This document shows positions 39,824-49,154 of a DNA stretch of 64,000 nucleotides, piece by piece. The translations under genes and the position numbers were made by a program. Source of the DNA: Patescibacteria group bacterium UBA6017. Its GTDB lineage: Bacteria; Patescibacteriota; Saccharimonadia; UBA4664. Each line of letters begins with the position of its first letter. The stretch's first letter is position 1. The stretch covers positions 14,889 through 78,888 of the forward strand of contig DIZX01000016.1 of the NCBI GenBank assembly GCA_002429485.1, in the 5' to 3' direction. The notes beneath the pieces are model-generated. The model did no database searches, was not told the origin of the DNA, and saw only the letters and a list, made by a program, of their open reading frames with translations.

Positions 39824-40267
39824 ATGATTCTCAAACCCTTCAAGTACGCCTTCCGAGAGCTGATCATGAACCGCCGCAAACAGATCCCGTTTTGGGTCTT
39901 AGCCGGTTTCTTGCCCACCTTCCTCATAGCCAGACTGCTCGTCGCGAGGTTCCCCGGACTTTTCCTGCACATCCGAGGCACGCACGTGCATCACTTCATC
40001 TACGGGTTCTTTGTGCTGGCTATCATCGGCTTTATTTCCATCCTCTCCGAGCGCGGGCGGCGTATTCAGGCCTTCGTATACGGAGTAGGCCTCGCCCTGG
40101 CCTTTGACGAGTTTGGCATGTGGATGCACCTCACGAACAACTACAATATCGACACCTCCGAGGACGCCCTCGCCTGGATCTTCGCCTTCCTGATATTCCT
40201 CGTCTACGGCATTGGCATGATCCGCCGAGCCATCCCGCACATGAAGCGGCTTCGCCCAGGTCGCTAA
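39824..40267 (+). CDS. Membrane protein
   Basis: HVHHFIYG, GLALAFDEF; four TM helices. Confidence 0.75.
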   Translation: MILKPFKYAFRELIMNRRKQIPFWVLAGFLPTFLIARLLVARFPGLFLHIRGTHVHHFIYGFFVLAIIGFISILSERGRRIQAFVYGVGLALAFDEFGMWMHLTNNYNIDTSEDALAWIFAFLIFLVYGIGMIRRAIPHMKRLRPGR

Positions 40268-40329
40268 GCATTGCCGCTGAGCTCAAAATCTTGTATTATA
40301 TGACGGTCGCAAAAATCTATTACGCACAA

Positions 40330-40404
40330 TGGGGTGTGGCCAAGCGGTAAGGCATCTGATTCTGGATCAGAGGATCCTAGGTTCGAATCCTAGCACCCCA
40401 GCCA
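40330..40404 (+). tRNA. tRNA-Gln(CTG)
   Basis: TGGGGTGTGGCCAAGCGGTAAGGCA-TCTGA-TTCTGGA-TCAGA-GGATCCTAGGTTCGAATCCTAGCACCCCAGCCA. Confidence 0.98.
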
Positions 40405-40604
40405 TTGCACTTATGCTTGAACAACGGCTTGCTCAAGCCGTTGTCTTGTTATTATCGTCATCACGTTAAGTGATTCACGTTCCCAACCCATCTGAATACT
40501 CAAGCGAGTTTTTAGCACTCAGGTGGATCCCCGGCCATCGTTCCGGGGCGGAACGATGGCCGGGCTGTCTGGTCGAACGAGCCCCTAACACGTACGTGCC
40601 CGAA

Positions 40605-41378
40605 CTATGTGAGTTGCGCAGCCTCAAATGCTCGCAGGTTGTCCTCTAAATGCTCAGGCGATTTAGTCCCCGTAAGGACTAGCCCACGAGGGCAGTTATC
40701 GAAGATAAACCTGAATGCCTCGCGCTCAAGCTCGGCTCGGCTCTTTTGTGAGTCGTTGTCTATCAGTTCGCCCATGTTGAACGGACGATTGATGACAACC
40801 GTTTTCCCTCGCTCCAACGCGAGTCTAATGATGGGGAGGAAGGCGGCATTCTTTTGGTTGAAGGGCAGTTGAACGACCTCATATGCGTCGTCTCCACAGA
40901 CCATCTCCCCACTTTCGATATCGCTTACACTTGCGCCGAATCGGGTGATGCCCTGTTCTCGGGCGTAACTCCAGGCTCGCTTTAGGCCGTCGCTTAGGAG
41001 CACGGCCGGAGTTGTTTTGTGAAGCTGAAGCACGTCAATCTGGCCTAGTCTCGTGAGGCTTTGGTCTAGACTCGACCGGAGTGCATCATAGGTATGGTCT
41101 ACGTACGACTGTTGGTCTTCCGCCCGCCAATGCTCTCCGAACTTTGTAGCGATTGTGATATTGCTACGTTGCCCTTGATTCAGCGTTCGCAGCCAATCAC
41201 CCAACCTTGCTTCACTCAGGCCGTAAGATGGCGCTGTATCGTAGTAGCTAATGCCCTGGGAGAAGGCAGACTCGAGAAACGTGGCTGCCGCTTGATCTGA
41301 CGGAATGGGTGATGGCTTGAACCCCCAAGTTCTTCCGATGCCGATAAGACCACACGCTAGTTCTAGGTTGTTTGACAT
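40605..41378 (-). CDS. Aldo/keto reductase
   Basis: YDTAPSYGLSE, IATKFG, SLTRLGQIDVLQLH. Confidence 0.9.
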   Translation of the reverse strand: MSNNLELACGLIGIGRTWGFKPSPIPSDQAAATFLESAFSQGISYYDTAPSYGLSEARLGDWLRTLNQGQRSNITIATKFGEHWRAEDQQSYVDHTYDALRSSLDQSLTRLGQIDVLQLHKTTPAVLLSDGLKRAWSYAREQGITRFGASVSDIESGEMVCGDDAYEVVQLPFNQKNAAFLPIIRLALERGKTVVINRPFNMGELIDNDSQKSRAELEREAFRFIFDNCPRGLVLTGTKSPEHLEDNLRAFEAAQLT

Positions 41379-41473
41379 GTTTTAAGGGTACTATAAGGTA
41401 TGAGCCTTTACAACCCTGGCATAATATATTATTATATTTTTCCACCGACGAGATACCAGGAATGGGGATCAAA

Positions 41474-42586
41474 ATGCCTCAGCAGTTTGACGTCACGGTT
41501 GTAGGGGCCGGCATAGCCGGCCTGATGCTCACCAAGAAGCTCTCCGAGTTGGGCCTCAAAGTGGCCCTGGTCGAGAAGGAAGCCCAAATGGCTGGAGGGC
41601 CCTCAACTAAGAACGAAGGGTGGCTGCACCGAGGAACCTACCACGCGACGTCGATTAGCGATAAGGACACCGCTATTCAGGTTGCGAGGCGCTGCATTTA
41701 CGGGCACGAGCAGATCCGAGGGTACGCGCCCGAAGCTATCGAGGATATCGACCTCGCCTCGTATGCGTTGGTGAAGGACCCGGAGCGAACGATGGAGGTC
41801 ATCTCTCGATGGGATGAAGCCGGTGTTCGCTACACGAGGGTACCGCTCAAGGAGCTCGCGAGACTGGAGTCGAATGTTAGGACAGGTGAGTTTGCAGACG
41901 TGTTTCAGGTCTACGATCTGGGCATTAACACTCGCCTGCTCTACCGAAAGCTCCTCGCGGCTAGCATGCGAGCCGGTATCGAGATTTTCTTGAATGCCGA
42001 AGTGGTGTTCAATAGCCTCGAGGAGGCGCTGATCGAGAGAGAGGGAGAGAAAATCCCAATAACGTCACGGCTGTTCGTTTATACGGCCGGGTACGGAGTT
42101 CGGGATATCCTCAGGTCAAACTTTGGCATTCTGGTGCCTCTGCGGTACTGGAAGAGCCATCTCACGGTGTTCCCGCGTCTCACGAGGTCATCAGTGTTTT
42201 GTCTCGACCCGCATGAAGCGGGGATGATGAACCACGGCGACTACAGCATCGTGGGGCTCAACGAGGACGCCATGGTGCACGAGAGCCCAGACTTCGAGAT
42301 TTTGGAGGAGGGCAAGGAGAAGGTTTACGCAGCTGCTAGTCGCCTATTCCACAACCTGGACGGCGCTAGAAGCCTGACCGTCGCCTGCATCAAAACCGAC
42401 CTGGCAGACAAGCCCGCTGCTGTCCGCTCGCTCGGCGTCTCAGTTACGGAGCCCTTACGCGGCCACTTCGTCGTACTGCCCGGCAAGATGACCGAGACGC
42501 CCTATATTACCGACGTCGTGGCGAAAATGGTCTATGATAGGATCGATGACGAGATGATCGCTCAGCGCCCGATGGATACCATTTAG
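41474..42586 (+). CDS. FAD-dependent oxidoreductase (DAO family)
   Basis: VVGAGIAG, STKNEGWLHRG, TAG, PGK. Confidence 0.88.
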   Translation: MPQQFDVTVVGAGIAGLMLTKKLSELGLKVALVEKEAQMAGGPSTKNEGWLHRGTYHATSISDKDTAIQVARRCIYGHEQIRGYAPEAIEDIDLASYALVKDPERTMEVISRWDEAGVRYTRVPLKELARLESNVRTGEFADVFQVYDLGINTRLLYRKLLAASMRAGIEIFLNAEVVFNSLEEALIEREGEKIPITSRLFVYTAGYGVRDILRSNFGILVPLRYWKSHLTVFPRLTRSSVFCLDPHEAGMMNHGDYSIVGLNEDAMVHESPDFEILEEGKEKVYAAASRLFHNLDGARSLTVACIKTDLADKPAAVRSLGVSVTEPLRGHFVVLPGKMTETPYITDVVAKMVYDRIDDEMIAQRPMDTI

Positions 42587-42617
42587 CCAACCAGGATACG
42601 GAGGTAGAAAGACATAT

Positions 42618-43244
42618 ATGACTCACGAAGACGTTTTGACAATGATCGATGAACAACGGGCATCAAGGGGGTTCTACGGAGTTTCGGAGCTCTTGGAGTG
42701 GGCCGCGCAGAGCGACAACACCTTTCTTGACCCGTTCTCGATCCTGATCAGTCGGACAGTCAAGCTCGGTCGAGACAATGTTTTCTACCCCAATGTCATA
42801 CTCGAGGTGAAGAACGGCGGAGAGCTGACTCTCGGAAATAGCAATGTGCTCTACCCGAGCACTCTCATGATCGCCGAGCGAGGCAAGATTTTCATTGCCA
42901 ACGGCAACCAGCTCGGCGACGGCGGGTGCAGTCTGAAGGCGAACATGCCCGACGCTGTCATCACCGTGGGCGACAACGGCCGCTACATGAGCGGCGCCCA
43001 GGTGATAGGCCGAACCGCGCTTGGCTCCGGCTCTCAGGTACTCGGCCTGATCACCGTCCAAAACTGCACGCTAGAAGGTGGTGGTGACTACCGGTCTGCC
43101 GACCCCGACGCACGAGCAGGTCTCCTGAAAGGGTCAGGCCTAGCCAGAAATATCACCGTTCCTGTGGGCAAGGTGCTCAATGGTTCGAGGATGTTCGAAG
43201 AGTCCCAGACCGAAGACCAATCGAAGTACCACCCCAAGAAGTAG
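42618..43244 (+). CDS. Left-handed beta-helix (hexapeptide-repeat) protein
   Basis: Repeats LGRDNVFYP / LGNSNVLYP / IANGNQ / VGDNGR. Confidence 0.75.
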   Translation: MTHEDVLTMIDEQRASRGFYGVSELLEWAAQSDNTFLDPFSILISRTVKLGRDNVFYPNVILEVKNGGELTLGNSNVLYPSTLMIAERGKIFIANGNQLGDGGCSLKANMPDAVITVGDNGRYMSGAQVIGRTALGSGSQVLGLITVQNCTLEGGGDYRSADPDARAGLLKGSGLARNITVPVGKVLNGSRMFEESQTEDQSKYHPKK

Positions 43245-43627
43245 CCGGGGCCTCTGTACTATCCATTCGCACCCTCCCACTACAACGACGTAACGGGAGG
43301 GTGCTCAACCCTTTGGAATTATTTTTTATAAATCCTTACGAAACGAGGGGTAAAGCGCATTCATGCGCTTGTGGGTAATGAAGGGACTCTCAATTATGCA
43401 AAGCTCCCGGCACTTATCGAGATCCCGTATGAAAACCGGATAAAACGTCCGCTCATCGAACAACTTCGACGCCAAAAGGTTGGTAGGGGAGACGCGATCT
43501 GGTCATAGTAAAACCCTAGCGCCTCCAATCTTTCGGCCAACTGAACTAAGCTGGAGTAGATCTGGTTCCACCTGAGGGATAGCTCGCCAGCCATTGCACT
43601 TATGCTTTTACCTTCTACAATGTAATT

Positions 43628-44266
43628 ATGCCACCAGTCACACCTGAACCAGAAAAATCAGCCGAACTGCCCACTGCCGAGCCAATCAAGAAAAAACATA
43701 TTGTTAGGAACATAATCCTTGCGCTGGTTGCCGTCGCCTTCCTGGGCGTAGCGGGTGTAGTTGCTTATATAGGTTTCGTCCTTGTTACTGCGTCAAATGA
43801 CTGCTCTTCCCGGACTGCTGAGCTAGAGACTATGGTTAAGCAAAATATTGCGTACCTGGATGGCATCACAATTCTTGATGGGCAACGACAAAATGCCTCC
43901 GGAGCCCCAGATGGTGACTGCTTAACGGGTCATGGCGGCCCGGCTACTGTTTTCTACCCTGTCTCAGGAAACGTCACAGATGTAAACGCGCAAGTTACCC
44001 GAAATATTAAGCAACGCGGTTTTGAGATGTCGTCGAAGTTCTATAACGATGGCCCGGGTAACACATCCGTAACGGACATTTGGACGACCGCAACGGACGG
44101 TAAAAATTCTTTAGAAATTAGGTACAAACTCAGTCAACCGTATAACTGTCCTGACACCAACCCCGCCTGCGCCGGTGAAGGAATTATCGAACAAGCCAAA
44201 CTCCTAACTTATCCAACTAGGCAAGTTACAGTTATATTGGGTGGAGTAATTGTCAGGCCCTATTGA
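43628..44266 (+). CDS. Membrane-anchored hypothetical protein
   Basis: N-terminal TM helix, Cys-containing extracellular part; TTGCAC-N16-TACAAT directly upstream. Confidence 0.7.
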   Translation: MPPVTPEPEKSAELPTAEPIKKKHIVRNIILALVAVAFLGVAGVVAYIGFVLVTASNDCSSRTAELETMVKQNIAYLDGITILDGQRQNASGAPDGDCLTGHGGPATVFYPVSGNVTDVNAQVTRNIKQRGFEMSSKFYNDGPGNTSVTDIWTTATDGKNSLEIRYKLSQPYNCPDTNPACAGEGIIEQAKLLTYPTRQVTVILGGVIVRPY

Positions 44267-44444
44267 GGGCTATCACAAGCCCTATCAGGACCGAAACCCC
44301 TAGCCGAAATCGCGCTAAACGGCCCCTCGATTGTTAGGAAATTCGACCACAGCCCCAGCCAAGAAACTAGGTTACATTGCTAGGAAACGTAGGCCGACGC
44401 GTCGGGTGAGCTAACCAATAGGTGTTTAACCTCGGTGATAATGG

Positions 44445-44459
44445 CCAGCCAAAGCACTT
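44445..44459 (+). repeat. Degenerate third copy of the tRNA-Gln 3'-end repeat
   Basis: CCAGCCAAAGCACTT versus CCAGCCATTGCACTT (13/15). Confidence 0.55.
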
Positions 44460-44470
44460 TTTGCGGTTAA

Positions 44471-45460
44471 TTAGAGCGTGAGCGCCATCACGGCTTTGAT
44501 GGTATGCATGCGGTTTTCCGCTTGATCAAACACGATGCTGTGTTTGCTTCTAAATACCTCATCAGTCACTTCCAGCGCTTCTAGACCATATTCTTGCTTC
44601 ATATGTAGACCTGTTTCGGTCATTGTGTCATGAAACGCTGGCAAGCAGTGCATAAATTTAACGTCGGGCTTGTTCGTGGTTTTGATCATAGCCATATTTA
44701 CCTGGAAGTCACGCAGCAGTTCGATGCGTTCGGCATATTTATCTTCCTCGCCCATCGAGACCCATATATCGGTGTATATCGCATCGGCACCCGCCACGGC
44801 TTTGGCGATATCGTCCGTAATGGTAACCTTTGCGCCGCTCTTTTTCGCAAATTCATTAGCCTGCGCCACTAGAGTTTCATCCGGGAATAGTGATTTCGGT
44901 GCCGCAATTCTAAAGTCCAACCCCATCTGGGCCGACCCGAGCAGCAGGCTGTTGGCCATATTGTTGCGGCCATCACCCACAAATACCAGCGACAAGCCCC
45001 TCAACTCGCCCACATGCTCCTCGAGCGTCATGAAGTCGGCCAAAATCTGGGTGGGGTGAAATTCATCCGTGAGGCCGTTCCACACCGGTACCCCGGCGTG
45101 CTCCGCCAACCCCTCGACTGTCGAGTGAGCGAAGCCACGAAACTCGATGCCGTCAAACATCCGCCCCAGCACCTTGGCGGTGTCTTCCACGGATTCCTTC
45201 TTGCCGAGCTGAATATCATTCTTGCCCAAAAATTCCGGCGCAATGCCGAGATCGTTCGCTGCTACGGTAAAGGCGCACCTAGTCCTAGTAGAGGTTTTTT
45301 CGAACAACAGCGCGATATTTTTGCCCTCACAGTCGCGGTGCGGGGTGCCTGCCTGCTTGAGTTTCTTATACTGCCTGGCCGTGTCGATCAATAACTGTAT
45401 TTCTTCGGGGGTATAGTCGCTCAATGTTAAGAGAGAGCGGCCTTTTAGCTGACTTTTCAA
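44471..45460 (-). CDS. argF: Ornithine carbamoyltransferase
   Basis: STRT, HPTQ, WVSMG, HCLP, AENR; TTG start with GGAGG RBS; anabolic versus catabolic role not determined. Confidence 0.93.
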   Translation of the reverse strand: MKSQLKGRSLLTLSDYTPEEIQLLIDTARQYKKLKQAGTPHRDCEGKNIALLFEKTSTRTRCAFTVAANDLGIAPEFLGKNDIQLGKKESVEDTAKVLGRMFDGIEFRGFAHSTVEGLAEHAGVPVWNGLTDEFHPTQILADFMTLEEHVGELRGLSLVFVGDGRNNMANSLLLGSAQMGLDFRIAAPKSLFPDETLVAQANEFAKKSGAKVTITDDIAKAVAGADAIYTDIWVSMGEEDKYAERIELLRDFQVNMAMIKTTNKPDVKFMHCLPAFHDTMTETGLHMKQEYGLEALEVTDEVFRSKHSIVFDQAENRMHTIKAVMALTL

Positions 45461-45578
45461 TTGTTCTCCTCCAATTACTTTCTCACATACTCAACGCATT
45501 AAATCATATCAAGTAACTGGTTGCCTATGTCTAGATCAAGCCAGACATTATAATGCTACTGGTAAACAAGAGAACATC

Positions 45579-45893
45579 GTGACTATCGAAGAACTCCAGA
45601 CCCGCGCAGTAGAAGTTGCGGTTAAATACAGGCAGAAGAACGAAGATGACGGCCACGCAAAATGGGATGCTTCCGCCTACATGGCCGGTTTTGTTGGCGA
45701 CGTAGGCGACCTATCTAAACTCATCATGGCCCGCTCGAATCTTCGACACATCGACGATGTTGATAAAAAGATAGCTCATGAACTAAGAGACTGTCTCTGG
45801 TCGGTACTCGTATTGGCGCATCATCTCGAGGTAGATATTGAACAAGAATTTACAAATACTATGAAAGAGCTCGACGCGCGCCTGGCCGCTTAG
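45579..45893 (+). CDS. MazG-like nucleotide pyrophosphohydrolase
   Basis: GDVGDL...HELRDCLWS. Confidence 0.75.
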   Translation: MTIEELQTRAVEVAVKYRQKNEDDGHAKWDASAYMAGFVGDVGDLSKLIMARSNLRHIDDVDKKIAHELRDCLWSVLVLAHHLEVDIEQEFTNTMKELDARLAA

Positions 45894-46021
45894 CTAAGCC
45901 AAGCTCTCGACATTGGCCGCCGATGCGGCTACTCTTTGATATAACTCTAGGCTTAATGATTGTTTAAATTTTGGTCCTTAAGGTATAATCCCTCTACAGA
46001 AGCATAAAAAGGAGATAGAGA

Positions 46022-46294
46022 TTGAAGAATAAATGGTTGGCAGGAATTCTGAATATATTGCCTGGCGTAGGCTATCTGTATGTCGGCGTACGTACCCCAT
46101 TTGCGGTCATATTGCTGCTAATTCTTCCTGCAATTATCATTGGTGGCACTCTTGATCCAGCTCTAAATTCCAGTGCGGACACAAATTCTTCAATGAGCTG
46201 GGGCGTAGCCCTATTTTTCGGAGTGCCAATTGTGGCTTTTGTCGTAGATGCCTACTTGGCGGCAAAAGAGCACAACGGCCGAATAAAGAATTAG
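46022..46294 (+). CDS. Small membrane protein
   Basis: LPGVGYLYVG; AAGGAG RBS and TTG start. Confidence 0.7.
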   Translation: MKNKWLAGILNILPGVGYLYVGVRTPFAVILLLILPAIIIGGTLDPALNSSADTNSSMSWGVALFFGVPIVAFVVDAYLAAKEHNGRIKN

Positions 46295-46395
46295 CCGATA
46301 TTCAATGAGCACAGAATCGGCCCGACCTCGTCGATGATGATCCTCCATAGCACTTACGTTTAAAATATAATATCCTTTGACAAAGGGAGCATGCT

Positions 46396-46890
46396 TTGCT
46401 AAAACTCAACCAGCGCGGCTTTACTGCATTTGAGACGATCGTCGTCCTCCTCCTACTCGGAATATTAGGGATAGCAATATATCTTGCGTACTTAAATACT
46501 CCAGTTGCTCGTAAACCTTATAGCACGCCTGCCGCTAGTAAATATAAAAGCATCTGTGACTTCAATAATAATGAGGTAGGCTGTGGGCTCAATTCATTTA
46601 AAGTTCTCGCCCCAAGCGGAAACGAAAAAATATGTATCGGTAAAAACTACGATATCAAATGGGCCGCACCTGATGATGTGAGCACCGTTACAATTACCCT
46701 TCGAGAAGATGGTCTTTCCGGGCAAGAGTATAAGCTGGGTATATTCCCGGCCAGCCAAAAGCATTTCGTCTGGGGTGTAACTGGCATACCTGCAGGCTCT
46801 GTGTACAAGATATGGATCAATACGGTATATAAAAGCTCATCAGTGAATAACGTGAGCAGCGGACTACTTACCATTCAGGGGTGTAGCTAA
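46396..46890 (+). CDS. Prepilin-type N-terminus protein
   Basis: QRG|FTAFE class III signal peptide; beta-rich C-terminal domain. Confidence 0.72.
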   Translation: MLKLNQRGFTAFETIVVLLLLGILGIAIYLAYLNTPVARKPYSTPAASKYKSICDFNNNEVGCGLNSFKVLAPSGNEKICIGKNYDIKWAAPDDVSTVTITLREDGLSGQEYKLGIFPASQKHFVWGVTGIPAGSVYKIWINTVYKSSSVNNVSSGLLTIQGCS

Positions 46891-46946
46891 TATTTTTTGT
46901 ATCGCCGAGTAACCCTTCAGACACAATCTTTATGTATAATTCTCTT

Positions 46947-47246
46947 ATGAATAAAGTCGACTATCGGTGGATCGGCGTTGGCGCACTGGGAGTATTTGCG
47001 GCAATAAGCCTAGCTGTGTCATCTTCGCTGCTCCGCATGCTTTCGCCAAGTTATAGCTCGGTAATCATTCTTCTTGGCGCCGTAGTAACCATAATCCTCG
47101 CGGAGATATGGGGCGTTATGTATTGGAGAGCCTCTCGAAGCATATTGTCGACGACGACACTCGCTATGATTAATGTCGCAATTTTATGCAACCTAATCTA
47201 TTTAACGCCGGTATTTAGAATTATTTTCAGTCGGCTTTTTAGCTAA
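46947..47246 (+). CDS. Small membrane protein
   Basis: Three hydrophobic segments; TATAAT 6 nt before the ATG. Confidence 0.6.
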   Translation: MNKVDYRWIGVGALGVFAAISLAVSSSLLRMLSPSYSSVIILLGAVVTIILAEIWGVMYWRASRSILSTTTLAMINVAILCNLIYLTPVFRIIFSRLFS

Positions 47247-47289
47247 CAGTGCACTAACTCAATTGAATCGCTTGGTATTAGTACGTAGG

Positions 47290-47315
47290 TGTAACGAAAT
47301 CCAACCCCTACCGTT
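47290..47315 (+). promoter_or_regulatory. Putative ECF sigma promoter
   Basis: TGTAAC-N16-CGTT; same layout as the site upstream of the sigma gene. Confidence 0.65.
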
Positions 47316-47358
47316 ATATATACCAGTAGATCAAAATAATTGAGGTTAATTACTTTCA

Positions 47359-47817
47359 ATGTCCCCAGCAAAACTAATCCGTACCACGGCAATCGCCGGC
47401 GCTCTATCCGTAGCCGGTCTGCTCGCCGCTAATGTAGTATTAACCTCGGTTGCAATGCCTGGCGCACAGCCATCAGCAGTAGCTTCCGCCAAGGGCGGCA
47501 CCGGTGGTGGTGGTAGCATCAAGCCCAGCCTCCCAGCCGATTTCCCGATCGCCTTCCCGCTGCCCACCGGTACGCTGTTTGGTTCGACCGGAGTTTCCCC
47601 GACTTGGTCCGTGGGCCTGAACGTCAATGGTTCCTACAGTACCGTATTGCCCGACCTGCGTAGCTTCTATGTAGCTCAGGGGTTCACCGACCTCAACCCT
47701 ACCAGTGTAATACCCTTTGGCTTCGAGAACGCCAGCTACACCATTCAGGTAGTCGGCCGCTCTCACGACCACCTGGACACTAGCACCGATGTGACGATCG
47801 TAGTTAACCAGAAGTAA
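47359..47817 (+). CDS. Secreted hypothetical protein
   Basis: Signal peptide, LPADFP motif. Confidence 0.72.
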   Translation: MSPAKLIRTTAIAGALSVAGLLAANVVLTSVAMPGAQPSAVASAKGGTGGGGSIKPSLPADFPIAFPLPTGTLFGSTGVSPTWSVGLNVNGSYSTVLPDLRSFYVAQGFTDLNPTSVIPFGFENASYTIQVVGRSHDHLDTSTDVTIVVNQK

Positions 47818-47833
47818 CTGGTTCTAGATCGGT

Positions 47834-47873
47834 AACACTAAAAACCCCGACGCAAGTCGGGGTTTTTAGTGTT
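47834..47873. terminator. Bidirectional terminator
   Basis: AACACTAAAAACCCCGAC-GCAA-GTCGGGGTTTTTAGTGTT. Confidence 0.92.
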
Positions 47874-47894
47874 TGATATTTGACGGTAAAAAAG

Positions 47895-48509
47895 TTATGA
47901 GGTTAGCTTTCGTTCTCTGTCGCTGGCCGCTTTGAGCCCGGCATCAATTGATTGAGCGGCCTGAACACTAGCCTTAGCCCGAGCATCTTGGAGTACTTTG
48001 GTGCAGTACTCGAGCGCACGGTAGCTTTCCGGCGACGTGCGCCCGACATCGTAAATGTAGGAGTCAATTGTGACGGCTACCAATTTGGAGTCGGCGTGAG
48101 TTTCCACAAGATGCCGCACTTCATCGCTGCGGCGCATCATCATTTGGTCGCGGTAAGCCGGTTGAACCGCCACGGTAATCTGCTCGCTCGCTCGTTTAAG
48201 CGAATACGTGAGGTCTCCGGGGTAGCTGCTTCGTGCCACACTGGTCACAAAAATTCCGCCGATAAGTGCTGCCGAAAAACCAACCGCGGTCATCCAGGGC
48301 ATCCAGCGCTTGGGTTCATTGCTCGTAGCAATAATCTGCCTGGCCAGTTCCCGCTTGAGTTCGGATGAGTGGTGGATTTGAGCCGGGTGGGGGAGCTCAT
48401 GCAGGGCAGCACCTAGCTGGGCTAATTGCGCAGCCTCATCGTGTGATGCACCGGCCTTCCTCAGCTCGGTCTCCAGTTGGTTTGTGTTGTTCGAGTTCAT
48501 CCTACTCAT
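47895..48509 (-). CDS. Putative anti-sigma factor (DUF5667-like)
   Basis: One TM helix then SYPGDLTYSLKRASE; overlaps the sigma stop codon. Confidence 0.72.
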   Translation of the reverse strand: MSRMNSNNTNQLETELRKAGASHDEAAQLAQLGAALHELPHPAQIHHSSELKRELARQIIATSNEPKRWMPWMTAVGFSAALIGGIFVTSVARSSYPGDLTYSLKRASEQITVAVQPAYRDQMMMRRSDEVRHLVETHADSKLVAVTIDSYIYDVGRTSPESYRALEYCTKVLQDARAKASVQAAQSIDAGLKAASDRERKLTS

Positions 48510-49017
48510 GCTCCGTGAGTGTAATTTGTAACTTTTTAAGTGCTCGGTGCTGCAGTACGCGAACGTTACCTTCATTCAATCCTAGCACTTCGCCAGTCTC
48601 CTTGGCCGATAATCCCTCGATGAAGCGCAATTCCACGACAGACCGAAGTTTTTTGGGCAGTCGGCCGACCGCCAGCTTGAGGCTTTTGGCGTCGTCGTTT
48701 CGGGTAACATCCTCGAGCAGATTCTCTGAGCTCACTAAGTGTTCCACGCTATCGCACATCGGGACCTCTTTGTGCTTGCGCCAGTGGTCGATGAGCAGGT
48801 TCTGCGCGATGCGGTAGAGCCAGGCTTTATACGAACCGCCATTGAATTTTTCCTTACTGCGCCACGCTTTTGCGAAAGTTTCGCTGGTCAGATCTTCCGC
48901 CAACAAAGGCTCCGATGTTCGCCACAACAGGTACCTTTTGATGGCATCGGCGTGAGCAACATAGGCCTCTTCGAATTGCGACTCTCGATCAATCAGGCTA
49001 TCCACGAACTCTTTCAC
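48502..49017 (-). CDS. ECF-type RNA polymerase sigma factor
   Basis: AEDLTSETF, AWLYRIAQNLLIDHWR, region 4 GLSAKETGEVLG...HRALKKL. Confidence 0.94.
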   Translation of the reverse strand: MKEFVDSLIDRESQFEEAYVAHADAIKRYLLWRTSEPLLAEDLTSETFAKAWRSKEKFNGGSYKAWLYRIAQNLLIDHWRKHKEVPMCDSVEHLVSSENLLEDVTRNDDAKSLKLAVGRLPKKLRSVVELRFIEGLSAKETGEVLGLNEGNVRVLQHRALKKLQITLTEHE

Positions 49018-49024
49018 TCATTAA

Positions 49025-49050
49025 GACGTATCAACTCGCAATACGTTACA
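49025..49050 (-). promoter_or_regulatory. Putative autoregulatory ECF promoter
   Basis: Minus strand TGTAAC-N16-CGTC, 7 nt before the sigma GTG. Confidence 0.68.
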
Positions 49051-49154
49051 CTTGGCTAGCAAAAAATAATCAAAATTGACTTTTTTCTCTCTTGGCCACG
49101 CTATGTCGACATCATAGCACCTTTATCTCGGTTCAGATGTGATCCGTCAGAGCC

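Larger units (their letters stand above)
40398..43607. mobile_element. 3.2-kb integrase-less islet at tRNA-Gln
   Basis: Exact 21-bp direct repeat CCAGCCATTGCACTTATGCTT at 40398-40418 and 43587-43607. Confidence 0.85.

Noticed and set aside
45579-47817. Run of small same-strand genes as another cassette array
   Set aside because: No shared repeat or tRNA-like end found between the genes.
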